Origin: Rebecca billardiae RCC1528
Lineage: Eukaryota > Protista > Haptophyta
Assembly (NCBI GenBank): GCA_965240325.2
Contig: OZ251248.1
Coordinates: 124,001 to 188,000 of the forward strand
Direction of reading: 5' to 3'
DNA: 64,000 nucleotides
Numbering within the stretch: the stretch's first letter is position 1; every line of letters starts with the position of its first letter. Shown piece by piece: positions 12,187 to 22,624 of this stretch. A program made the translations under genes and the position numbers. Below the pieces are notes generated by a model. The model ran no database searches, was not told the origin of the DNA, and saw only the letters and a program-made list of their open reading frames with translations.

Positions 12187-13339
12187 TCGGGCCGTGAGCG
12201 TCGGGCGCTCACAGCCGGCCGCGTGGCGCGGCCAGATCTCGGCCCAGCCGCGGCCAGCAGCGCATCGGCTGGCATGCAGCTGCCCCGCTGCAGCACGCGT
12301 CGCCGCGATCACGACCCGGCCGGCGACCTTCGGCCGCCCCGGAGGCCGGACCCGGTCGTCCGCCACCGCGGGCCCGTGGGCCGGGGTGGCCCGCTGCGCG
12401 TGTCGCTCACACGCCCGAGTCATACGGGCCGCGGGCACGTGGCCGTGACCGCGCGGCCCGACCAAGACTGGGCCGGGGTCAGACTGGGTCGTGGCGCGGG
12501 CGCCGCACGGCGGCACGCAGGCCGCACGCGGCAGTCAGGCACTCTCCCGCCGCCCCGTCGTCGTCATCACGAACTATTGACTACGTTACGAGTGGTCGCC
12601 GTTGCTTTCTTGCAATGCCCCCAGGCGTCGCACGGAACTCCGTACGGGCTACTGCTGATAACTGACTACTCCGGCCGGTCGGAGACGGAGACCGGGCTGG
12701 ATCGCCCATGCAGGGTGTCGTCGTGAGACGTGACGCCGTGTCGGCGTCGCGCCCGCGGCCCCCGGCCGCCCCGCGTCGCCGTCGGCACGGCCGGACGGGC
12801 GCGGTCGCGCATTAATCCGCGGATATACAGTGACAGTGCTGGCGCCTGATGAGGCTTAGATGGCCGTCGCAGACGACTAGACACTGCTATATATAGTCTG
12901 AGCCGATCGACTGCGCTGCCTCCGGTCCAGCTGCCGCGGCCGGCCCTGCCGCAGCCGCCGCGCGACCGCCGGCCGCCGGCGGCCGGGCCGGCGGCGCGGG
13001 CCCGCTGGCGGCGCCATATCAGACTCAGAGGCGGCGGCGGTGCGGCCGAGTGGCGATCAGTGCCAGAGTATAGTAGACTCTGTAGAGACTAGAGTGCCAA
13101 CCGGATACCGAGGTGCCAGCCGCGCGTCATCACCAGCACTTGGCACGCTGGCACTCCCACTACCGGTATTATACTACTATATATATATAATATATATACT
13201 ATATATATATATAGTCTGACTCATCAGTCGAGTCGGAGTAGGCCACCCAGCGACTCGGATAGCTACTGAGTCACATGACAATGACGCTGCCGATGAATGA
13301 CACTCGTCATCGTGGCCGTCAAATCCGTCAATAGGCTCG

Positions 13340-13899
13340 TCATGCCGCTGGTTGACGACGCTGCGCCAGTGCGTCGCGAGCGCGGCCGATGATCGCTCGG
13401 AACGAGTACGGCTCCTGGATGGCCAGCTGCGCGAGCACCTTGCGGTTCAGCTCGACCCGCGCGAGGCTGAGCCCGTGGATGAAGCTGCCGTACGTCAAGT
13501 TGTACTCGCGCGCGCCCGCATTGATCTGCATGATCCACCGCTGCCGAGCGGTGCCTGCGAGGGAGGCCGGCCGGCCGGGCGCGCGCGGGCGGCGGCGGGG
13601 TCGGTGCACGCGCGGCCGGGCGGGGTCGGGGCGCGCGCGCGGCGCGCGCGGCGCACGCGGCGCGCACGTCGCTTGAGTCGCCTGCCCTTGTACGCATGCT
13701 GCAGCGCGCGGTGCACGCTGTTGCGCGCGAGCCGCCAGCAGTTCTTGCTGCGGCCGCGGAAGCCCTTCGCGAGCTCGAAGATCTTCTGCTTGCGCGTGCC
13801 CAGCCCGCGGCGCAGCTGCACGAGGCACTGCGGCGAGGCCCAGCTCCGCAGCGCGAGGCGCGCCGAGGCGCCGCACGCGCTGAGCCTCGCGATCAGCAT
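13340..13899 (-). CDS. MRPL20: Mitochondrial ribosomal protein bL20m
   Basis: KIFELAKGFRGRSKNCWRLA...AYKGRRLKRR / WIMQINAGARE...LNRKVLAQLAIQEP. Intron 13555-13667. Arg-rich, acid-free presequence. Confidence 0.92.
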
Positions 13900-14020
13900 G
13901 CCGGCCCTCCCCGTGTGAGTCGTGCTGGTGAGCCTCGCCCTCGCGTGGACTGGACCTTGCTGCAGAGCTACCGCTCCGGACGCAAGCAACTGCGGAAGCC
14001 CGGACCGGAGCGCGAGGCCA

Positions 14021-16471
14021 ATGATGGCGTCGGGCGCGCTGCGCGCGCTGCGCGCGCTGCGCAGGCGGCCATGGCCGCCGGCGCGCTGGGCGCCTGCGCC
14101 GGCGCGCGCGCCGCGGCACGCGAGCACCGCCGCCTTCGCCGCCCCGCCCGCCGCGCCCGCGCACACCGAGCCCTCCACCGACGTCGGCCGCGCGATCAAC
14201 CGGAAGCTCGCGGCGGCGGGCGACGACGGCGCGGCGGTGATGCGCGTGTGCGCGCAGGACTTGCGCTGGTTCACCAACTCGAACCACTGCACGGCGTGGT
14301 ACCGGCTCGGCCGCGCCTCCGCCGAGCTGGGCGAGCCCGAGCAGCGCGAGCGCTTCTTCGACACGCACGGCGCGCTCCTGACGCAGATGCTCGAGCTGCT
14401 TGCTCACGGCGCGCGCCACATGCGGCCCGCGCAGCTCGCGGCGACGGCGCACGGGATCGCGAAGCTGCGGTACGCGCCGGCGGTGGCGATGCTGCCCGTC
14501 CTCGCGCGCCGCTCCGAGGCGCTGCTCGACGGCTTCGAGCCGCACGACCTCGCCTCGCTCGCGTGGGCGTTCGCGGCCGCGGACGCGCACGACCATCGGC
14601 TCTTTGGGCGGCTCGAGTCGGTCGTGCGCCGGCGGCTCCCGGACGTGGGCGCGGCGAGCCTCGCGCTGCTCACGTGGGCGTGGGCGCGCTCGGGCCGGCT
14701 CACCGAGCCCGCCGCCGCGCCGCTGCTCTGCGACCTCGCAGACCGCGCCTTCGAGCTGGTCGACGAGCTCGAGCCCTGGCAGCTGACACGGATTCTGTGG
14801 GCGCACGCGAGTGCGGCCAGCGCAACCGAGGCGGCGGCTGCGGAGTCGGGCGCGGCCGCGGCGGCCGCCGCGGCGGAGGGCGAGGCCCTGGCGGCTGCGG
14901 AGGCGGGCGCGGGCGGGGGCGGGCGCGTGGGCGAGGGGGCGCACCTCGAGCCCGCGGCGGCGCTGAGGGGCGACGGCGGCGGCGGGCTGGCCGAGGGCGG
15001 CGGCGGCGGCGGCGGCGGCGGCGATGGCGGCGGCGGCGATGGCGGCGGCGGCGGCGGCGGCAGCGTCGTCGACGCGGACGCCGACGTGTCCCGCGAGCGC
15101 GTGCGCCCGCACGTCACGCGGCTCTTCGTGTGCGCGGCGCGCGCGTACGCGCCCCGCCTCCACCTCTTCAGCACGCACCAGCTCGCGCTACTCGGCAGCG
15201 CGTACACTCTCGTGGGCGTGGAGCACAAGCGGCTGCTCAACGCGCTGGCGGAGAACGCGCGCGCGCGCCTCGTCGAGTTCGGGCCGGAGGACCTGGGGCA
15301 GCTGGTGGGCGCGCTGGCGCGCGGCGCGGGCGGGAGCACGGGCGGCGCGGGCGACGCGGAGCCGCGCGTGCGACTCATCCAGGACGCCTCGGCGCTCGCG
15401 GCGCGCGACGCGCACGCCTGGGGCTGGTGTGATCTACTGCGCGTGCTTCGCGCGTGTGCGCTCGCGCCCGCCGCCGATTCGTCGACGCTCTTCGCGAGCG
15501 CCGCGCGGCGCGCCGAGCGCGAGCTGCCCGAGCTGGACGACGTGCAGCTCACCACGCTCGTCTGGGCCTTCTCCGAGTCGTGCGCGCGCGAGCCCGCCTT
15601 CTTCTGCGCCGTCGAGGCCGAGCTGACCGCGCGCGCGCCGGCGCTCAGCCTGCCAGACTTGGCGCAGGTCGCGGCGGCGTCCATTGTTCTCGGCCTGCGG
15701 CACGAGGAGCTGCGGCGCGCGCTGCTGCGCGCGCTGGAGGCGGCGCCCGCGTCGGCGGTGCGCGCGCTGCCGCAGCCCGCGCTCACGCAGCTCCACCTCT
15801 TCGCGTGGGCGCACGCCTTCGACCCCGAGAGCCGCGTCGCGCCAGACCTGTCCGTGCGCGCGGACGTGCTAACCGCCGGCCGCCGCGCGATGCTTGAAGG
15901 CGCCGTGCCGCGCCCGTCCTTCCACCATCGCAAGCTGAGCCGCGCGCTCGCGGCGGAGTGCCCGCTGCCGCACTGCAATGAGTTCGCGGTGCGCGAGCTC
16001 GACCTCGGCTACCGCGTGGACATGGCGTTCCCCTCGCGCCGCGTCGCCATCGAGATGGACGGCCCGGCGCATTACGACGCCAGGGGGCGGCGCTCGCGCC
16101 GCACCGAGCTCAAGCGCCGGCTGCTGCGCGCGGCGGGCTGGGAGGTGGTCTCGGTGCCGCACGGGGAGTGGGAGCACCGCGACGGGCCGCAGCGCAGCGC
16201 GTACGTGCGCGCGCTGCTGCAGCGCGCGGGCCTGCCGACGGTCGGCGGCGCGCGCGGCGCCGGCGGCCGCGAGCGCGAGCGCGCAGCACCAGGCCCAGCT
16301 GCCGCGCGGCCGTCACACGCACACCCGTGGCGCTCGGCGGCGGCGCCGTCGGAGGCGGGCGCGTGGCGTGGCGCCAGGGCGGAGCGTGGCGAGCGCCGCC
16401 GAGGCCCGCGCGCGGACCGCGACGGGCGCGCGTGGCGGCGGCCACGCGGCGCGGCGGCGCGTGATCGGTGA
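14021..16471 (+). CDS. RAP-domain helical-repeat RNA-binding protein (FASTK/OPR-like), probably mitochondrial
   Basis: Repeats like FEPHDLASLAWAFA; C-terminal RAP motif VDMAFPSRRVAIEMDGPAHY...LKRRLLRAAGWEVVSVPHGEW; Arg-rich presequence. Confidence 0.88.
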   Translation: MMASGALRALRALRRRPWPPARWAPAPARAPRHASTAAFAAPPAAPAHTEPSTDVGRAINRKLAAAGDDGAAVMRVCAQDLRWFTNSNHCTAWYRLGRASAELGEPEQRERFFDTHGALLTQMLELLAHGARHMRPAQLAATAHGIAKLRYAPAVAMLPVLARRSEALLDGFEPHDLASLAWAFAAADAHDHRLFGRLESVVRRRLPDVGAASLALLTWAWARSGRLTEPAAAPLLCDLADRAFELVDELEPWQLTRILWAHASAASATEAAAAESGAAAAAAAAEGEALAAAEAGAGGGGRVGEGAHLEPAAALRGDGGGGLAEGGGGGGGGGDGGGGDGGGGGGGSVVDADADVSRERVRPHVTRLFVCAARAYAPRLHLFSTHQLALLGSAYTLVGVEHKRLLNALAENARARLVEFGPEDLGQLVGALARGAGGSTGGAGDAEPRVRLIQDASALAARDAHAWGWCDLLRVLRACALAPAADSSTLFASAARRAERELPELDDVQLTTLVWAFSESCAREPAFFCAVEAELTARAPALSLPDLAQVAAASIVLGLRHEELRRALLRALEAAPASAVRALPQPALTQLHLFAWAHAFDPESRVAPDLSVRADVLTAGRRAMLEGAVPRPSFHHRKLSRALAAECPLPHCNEFAVRELDLGYRVDMAFPSRRVAIEMDGPAHYDARGRRSRRTELKRRLLRAAGWEVVSVPHGEWEHRDGPQRSAYVRALLQRAGLPTVGGARGAGGRERERAAPGPAAARPSHAHPWRSAAAPSEAGAWRGARAERGERRRGPRADRDGRAWRRPRGAAARDR

Positions 16472-16954
16472 TGCGAACTTGTCCTGTCAGTGCGATCCAC
16501 TGCTGACACCTGACAGAGATCACATGCGTCAGAGTGATTCAGCGTCGTCATGGCCAGCGATTGTGACGACACCGGAATGTTATCGGCGCGTGCTTTTGTT
16601 ATCTATATGGTAGTAGCTGCTCATGGGCGCCCTTTGACTGGCCACGAGTCCAACCGCGAGCCTGAAAAGCACTATGGAGCGCAGCGGTGCGGGTCAGATC
16701 TTGAACGGCGCGACTAGATCCGCGTGGCTTGCATAAGAGCAAGCGGTTGGTGGCAGCGGTAGGCAGGCCCCTGATGAGGCTTGTATCTCGCTCGTGAACT
16801 ACGAACTTTACGACCGCGCAACGCCCGGCCCGGCGGCTGGCGGGTCGTTCATCGCGCGCCATCAAGGGCGGCGGGCGGCGGATCGAGCCTGTCCTCGGAG
16901 CGCCCGGGGCGCGGCGGACGGGCGCCAAGCCCACGCGTGGCGGGCGCGGGCGCG

Positions 16955-18867
16955 ATGTGGCTCGGCGCGCTCTCGCGGCACCTGCCGCTCCGCGGCCTCA
17001 CGACCTCCGCGCTCTCCGCCGCGGGCGCGCGGCGCTCCGCCGCGCTCTCGTCCGCGGGCGCGTCGACGATGCGCATGGCCGGCCCGATCGCCGGCCGCGC
17101 GGCCGCGGCCGCCGGCCTCGCGGTGGTCTCGGGCGGGCTGATCTCGGGCCCGTCGTTCCTCCCGTCGGACGGCGACTCGCTCGGGCTGAGCATCTCGCAG
17201 GCCGACTTCTACCGCCGCTACAACCTGCGCTCGCTGCTGGGCAAGGGCACGTTTGGCGAGGTGTGGATGGCGGAGGACGAGCAGACCGGCCGGTACGTCG
17301 CGGTGAAGAAGATCGTGTACGACCCGGAGCTGGCGGAGCAGGTGCGCACGGAGGTGCGCGCGATGCACGCGTGCGGCGGGCACAAGCACATCGTCGAGCT
17401 CCTCGAGGTCTACGACGTCGCCGCCGGGTTTGGTGGCAAGCGGCACTGGTGCCTCGTGATGGAGTTGGCGGAGGGCGGCGGGCTGTTCGACCACCTGGTC
17501 GCGCAGGGCGCGTACTCGGAGCGGCAGGCGGCGGAGCTGATGCAGCAGTTCGCCCGCGCGCTCTACCACCTGCACTCCAAGGGCATCGTCCACCGCGACA
17601 TCAAGCCCGAGAACCTCGTGCTGATGCGCGAGGACGTGCTCAAGCTGATCGACTTCGGGACGGCGATCGTGCTCGGCCCGGACGAGGAGGTGATGGCGGG
17701 CGGGCGGTGCGGCACGACGGGGTACTGGGCGCCGGAGCAGATCGAGGCGAAGACCTCGTACGGCCAGCCCGTCGACCTCTGGGCCGCCGGCATCGTCCTG
17801 TATATCCTGCTCTCCGGCTTCCACCCGTTTGATACGGAGGGACGCGCGTCCGTCACCGAGATCAAGCGCGCGATGCTCGCGGGCGAGTTCAACTTTGACG
17901 GCTCGGAGTGGCGGAACGTGTCGGAGCCGGCGAAGGAGCTGGTGCGCTCGCTGCTCGAGCGCGACCCGGACAAGCGCTGCACCGCCGCCGAGCTCGTCAA
18001 CCACCCGTGGATCCGCGGCGAGCGCGTGTCGGACACGCCGCTGCCGGAGACGCACGAGCGACTGCGCGCCTACACCAAGGTAGGGGTAGGGGTAGGGGTA
18101 GGGGTAGGGGTAGGGGTAGGGGTAGGGGTGGGGCGACGGGGCTGCGCGCGTACGCCGAGGGCGGGGACGGGGAGGGTGGGCGGCGGAGGGGTAGGGTAGG
18201 GCGCGTGCGTGCCGCGTGCAGAGGCGGCCGTGCTCCCCCCGCCCGCCCCGCGCGCGCTGCCGCCCCCCGCCCCTCCGCCCCCCCTCTGCCCCAACCCGAA
18301 CCCCCAACCCTACCCTAACCTAACCCCTGCCGCGCAGGCGCGGCACGCGTTCCACGGCTCGCTGCTGCTCGGCATCCTGATGCACCAGATCCGGGCGGCG
18401 AAGGAGGCGCGCGCGGTGGCGGCGCAGGCGGCGCGCGACCCCGCCGCGCCGCCGCCGCCGCCCGAGCCGGCGCGCAAGCCACGCCCAGGCTTCCTCCGCT
18501 CGCGCGTGTCGGAGTTCGACATCCCGGCCGAGGGCGGCGGCGCGGCGTTCGGCGGCGCCGAGTTCGACGCGCTGCGGATGGGCTACGAGCTCTTCGACGT
18601 GGACGGCAAGGGGTACATCACCGACTCGGACCTGCGGCGCGTGTGCGCAGACCTCGGGTACTCGCTCTCAGAGCGGGAGCTGCAGCACGTGATGGCGGTG
18701 CTGGCGCCCACCATGTTCACAAACATGGCGGCGGCGTCGCACAAGGTGCGCGTGGGCGGCGGGCGCGGCCGGCACGCGCCCGCCGCCGCGGGCGCGGACG
18801 GCGGCGACGGCGGCGACGGCGGCGCGGCGCAGCGCGAGCAGCAGCCCGACGCCGGCGGCCCCGACAC

Positions 18868-18900
<33 letters not shown>

Positions 18901-21900
18901 CGCGGCCGCGCATGCCGAGCATCAGCGCACCATCACCTTCGACTCGTACATGCGCGCGCTCAACCGATCGTTTGCCAAGCGCTTCCGCGAGGGCGACACC
19001 ATCTTCAAGCAGGGCGACGAGGTGGACGGCTTCTACATCCTGACCAAGGGACAGGTGCGTGGGCGTGCCCGCGCGTGCCGCGCGGGGTGGCGCGTGCGTG
19101 GCGCGCGCGGCGGGCGGGTGGCGCGGGCGCGGCCCTGTGCTGCGCTCGCGCGGCGCCGGGGCGGCGGGGCGGCGGGGCGGCGGGGCGCGGGGCGCGCCGA
19201 CCGACGACCGACGGTGCTGGGTGTGGGCCGCTGCCGCTGCCGCGGCCTCGGCCTCGGCTTGGGCCGCACGGCGGCACCGCTGCCACTCAGCCGCGGCCGC
19301 GTGCCCCCGCTGACGCCCGCACGGCCGCGCGCCCGCCCGCTGCGCGCCGCCTCCGCCGCGCTCGCGCTCGCTCCGCCTCGCCACCCGCGCACGCACGCGC
19401 GCGCGCACACACACACGCTCGCAGGTGCTCGTGCTCGTGCAGTCGCGCAGCGGGCCGGAGCAGGAGGTGGCGCGGCTCGGCCCCGGCGACTTCTTCGGCG
19501 AGACGGGCATCCTCGAGGGCCGTCCCGTGCGCTCCTCCTCCGTCGTCTGCGCCACCACCCCCGTCGAGGTCTTGTTCATGGACAAGGCCGAGTTCTCCGC
19601 TCTGGTGTCGTCGGACGCGACCGGGCTGCTGGCGCGCGGGATGGAGGCGCGCGCGGAGGCGCGGCAGAACGCGCGCATGTCCAAGCTGCTCTCCGCGCTG
19701 CAGGCCTCGCCCTCACAGACCGTACGCTCCTTCCCCGCGGGCTCGACCATCTACAGCCAGGGCGAGGGCGCGGAGGAGCTGTACCAGTGCATCGACGGCC
19801 GTCTCACGCAGTCGTACACAACCGACACGGGCGAGTCGATCGGGCTCGGGAGGATCCACCGCGGCTCCTTCTTCGGGTACGACGCGATGATCTCGGGCGT
19901 GCACGACACCACCGTGGTCGCCGCCACCGACGCCACCGTCGCCATCCTCCCCTTTGCCGCGCTGCGCCCCGCGCTGGAGGGTTCCGAGTGGCTGCAGTCC
20001 GCGGTACGCGTGCGCGCGGACAGGCTGCACGACGTGGTCGCGTCGGTCGGGCAGCGCGCCAAGGCGGGGCACGCCGAGTCGCAGATCTACGCGACGATGG
20101 CCAAGGTCGCCGCGAGGTGCGACGCGACGCGCGTGGCCGAGCGCCACGCGTGGCCGCGCCGCGCGCTCGGCTGCGCGTGGCCGCGCCGCGCGCACGGACC
20201 GGACCGCCCACCGCCCACCCGCGCTGCGCGCGCGCGCGCGTGTTTGCGTAGCGATGGCGCGGTCGCGCGTGCGCGCGCGCTCGGCCCGCGCTCTCCGGCG
20301 CGAGCGCCGCTCACGCCGCGCTGCCCTCCCCCTGTGTGCCCACCTCTGCGCGCGCGCGCGCCGCCGCCGCCGCCGCCGCCGCTCCGCCCCCGCCCGAACC
20401 CGGCGCGGCCTGCACGTGCGCTCTCGGCGGCCATGCTGACGCGGCGGCCATGCTGACGCGGCGGCCATGCTGACGCGGCGGCCATGCTGACGCGGCGGCC
20501 ATGCTGCTGGGCAGGCAGGGGATGGCGGTGGACACGGCGGCGTGGGAGGGCGTGGTGACGGCGATGGAGCCGGTCGAGCTGGCGCAGGACGAGGTCCTCT
20601 TCCGGCAGGGGGACAGGCCCACCCACGTCTATCTCATCGACGAGGGAGCGCTCAAGGTCCGACCCGCGCGCGCGAGCGCGGGCGGGCGGGCGCGCGCGGT
20701 CGCAGCCGCGCACGCGCGCGGCACGCGCGCGCCGCCGCCCTTGTTTGTCATGCTCCCTCGTGCCCCCATCCCCACCCACAAACAACCCAACCGATGCCTC
20801 GGCGCCGTGCCGGCTGCGTGCAGCTGCACTACAAGACCGAGAGCGGCGCGGAGAACGTGCTCGCCGAGCTCGGCCCTGGAGACCACTTCGGCGAGACCGC
20901 CTTCATCGACGGCCGCTCGCGGCGCAACACCACGGTCTCGTGCATCGCGCAGCGGTGTGCGCGCGCGGCGCGTGATGGCGCGGAGGGCGCGGAGGGCGCG
21001 CGGGGGGCGCGCGCGGCGCGGGCGCCGCGCGCGCCGCGCGCGGCGCCGAGGCGCGCGGCGGCGGCTCTGCTGCGCGTGTGCGCGTGCGGTGGTGTGTGCC
21101 ACGCGCGGCTGCCACCCTGCCAACACCACCGCGGCGGCAGCGCGCGTCAGCGTACTGCGGGCTGCGTGCGGTGTGCGTCATGTGCGTGCCATGTGTGCAT
21201 GTGCGCGTGTGCGTGTTTTGCGCGTGTGCGTGTGTGTGCGTGCGTGTGCGCGTGTCACGCGTGTGAGCGCGGCCCAGCACGCGCTGCCCGAGTACCACCG
21301 CCTAGGGTTAGGGTTAGGGTTAGGAGTTAGGGTGAGGGTGAGGGTGAGGGCGCGCTGCCCGAGCCCGTGCTCACCGCCCTCGCGCTGCCCTCGCGCGCCC
21401 CCCGCCGCGCGCGCGCGCGCCCGTAGCTGCAAGCTCCGCCGCCTCGAGCGCGGCGCGTGGGAGAAGGCCCTCGCCTCCTCCCCGCAGCTCAACGAGGCGG
21501 TGCTCGAGGCGGCGGCCTCGCGCTCACGCTCGCGGCTCCGGACCATCATCGAGGCGGCGGCGCGCAGCGGGCTGGCAGAGACGATCAAGCTGGGCAAGGG
21601 CGAGGCGGCGTTCACGCAGGTGCGCGGCGGTGCGCCGCCCCGCGCGCCGCGGCCGCGCCGGCCGCACGGCGGCCATGCTGCCAGCCGTCTGCTCCGCTGG
21701 AAACGGCGGCCATGCTGGCAGCCATGGCTCTGGAGGGCGGCCATGCTGGCAGCCATGGCTCTGGAGGGCGCGCGCGCGCGGCGGCCCGGCCGCTGCCCGC
21801 CCCCGCCGCCCAAGCGTGCCGCCGCCCAGCGCCGTGCGCGCCGTGCGCGCCGTGCCCGGCGCTCACGCCCGGCGCCCCGCCGCTCCTCTCACCGCTCCCC

Positions 21901-22321
21901 GCCCCCGCAGGGCGACGCCGCCACCAGCTTCTACGTCGTCAAGTCCGGCGCAGTCCAGACGTCCTATCTCTCGCCCGAAGGCGGCTCTGTGCCGACCCGC
22001 CAGTACGGCCCGGGCGAGTGCTTCGGCGCGTCCGGCGCGCTGGGCAGCCTGAGTCCGGGGAGCGCGGCGGGGGTGCGGCGGAACACGGCGACGGCGCTGG
22101 AGGACGGGACGGTGCTCTTCAAGCTGCCCCACCGCCACCTCCTCCTCCTGATGCGCGACGACACGAACGCGCAGTCCTCGCTCACCAACCTGAGCAAGCG
22201 GCGGCGGCAGAGCGACGAGCGCGACGCGTCGGGCATCGAGGTGAACAAGAAGCACCTGCGCGACGAGGAGGCGTTCATGATGAAGCGGCACCCGCCGCGG
22301 GAGGCCATCGACGAGGACTGA
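16955..22321 (+). CDS. CAMK-type protein kinase with EF-hand and four cyclic-nucleotide-binding domains
   Basis: Kinase motifs GKGTFG, VAVK, HRDIKPEN, DFG, APE; EF-hand DVDGKGYITDSDL; four F/YxQG...FG repeats. Exons 16955-18079, 18338-19054, 19425-20116, 20515-20656, 20824-20954, 21427-21619, 21911-22321 join in frame. Confidence 0.88.
18080..18128 (+). repeat. (GTAGGG)8 telomere-like array starting at the 5' splice site
   Basis: Read directly; the first unit supplies the GT donor. Confidence 0.95.
20425..20506 (+). repeat. 17-bp minisatellite GCGGCGGCCATGCTGAC (about 5 copies) at an intron 3' end
   Basis: Read directly; ends 8 nt before the end of the acceptor AG at 20514. Confidence 0.95.
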
Positions 22322-22624
22322 CGGCCGCGGCGTGGCTTGGGAGGATGCAGCGGGTCGATCGGGCGGCCATGCTGATGATGCGCGCGAATAAAAAATAGAG
22401 GGTCATGCACGCTCAATTCTCAATTCAAAATGGGCCCCCGACGACAGACAGGGTGGTGGTGCGCTTTGCGCTGCGCGGCACACGGCACAGCACCCATGGC
22501 GGCGGCCCGGCTGTGACGCCGAGCGCGCACGGCATCACTCGCTCCGGCGGCGGAGCAGCCCGCCGCCCCGCCCACCGCGCGCGCGCGCGGCGCACCCTAG
22601 CGGGGCGCGCCGACTCGCCGCGCC

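Noticed and set aside
20425-20506. Possible CRISPR array
   Set aside because: Head-to-tail repeats with no spacers, intronic, eukaryotic context, no cas genes.
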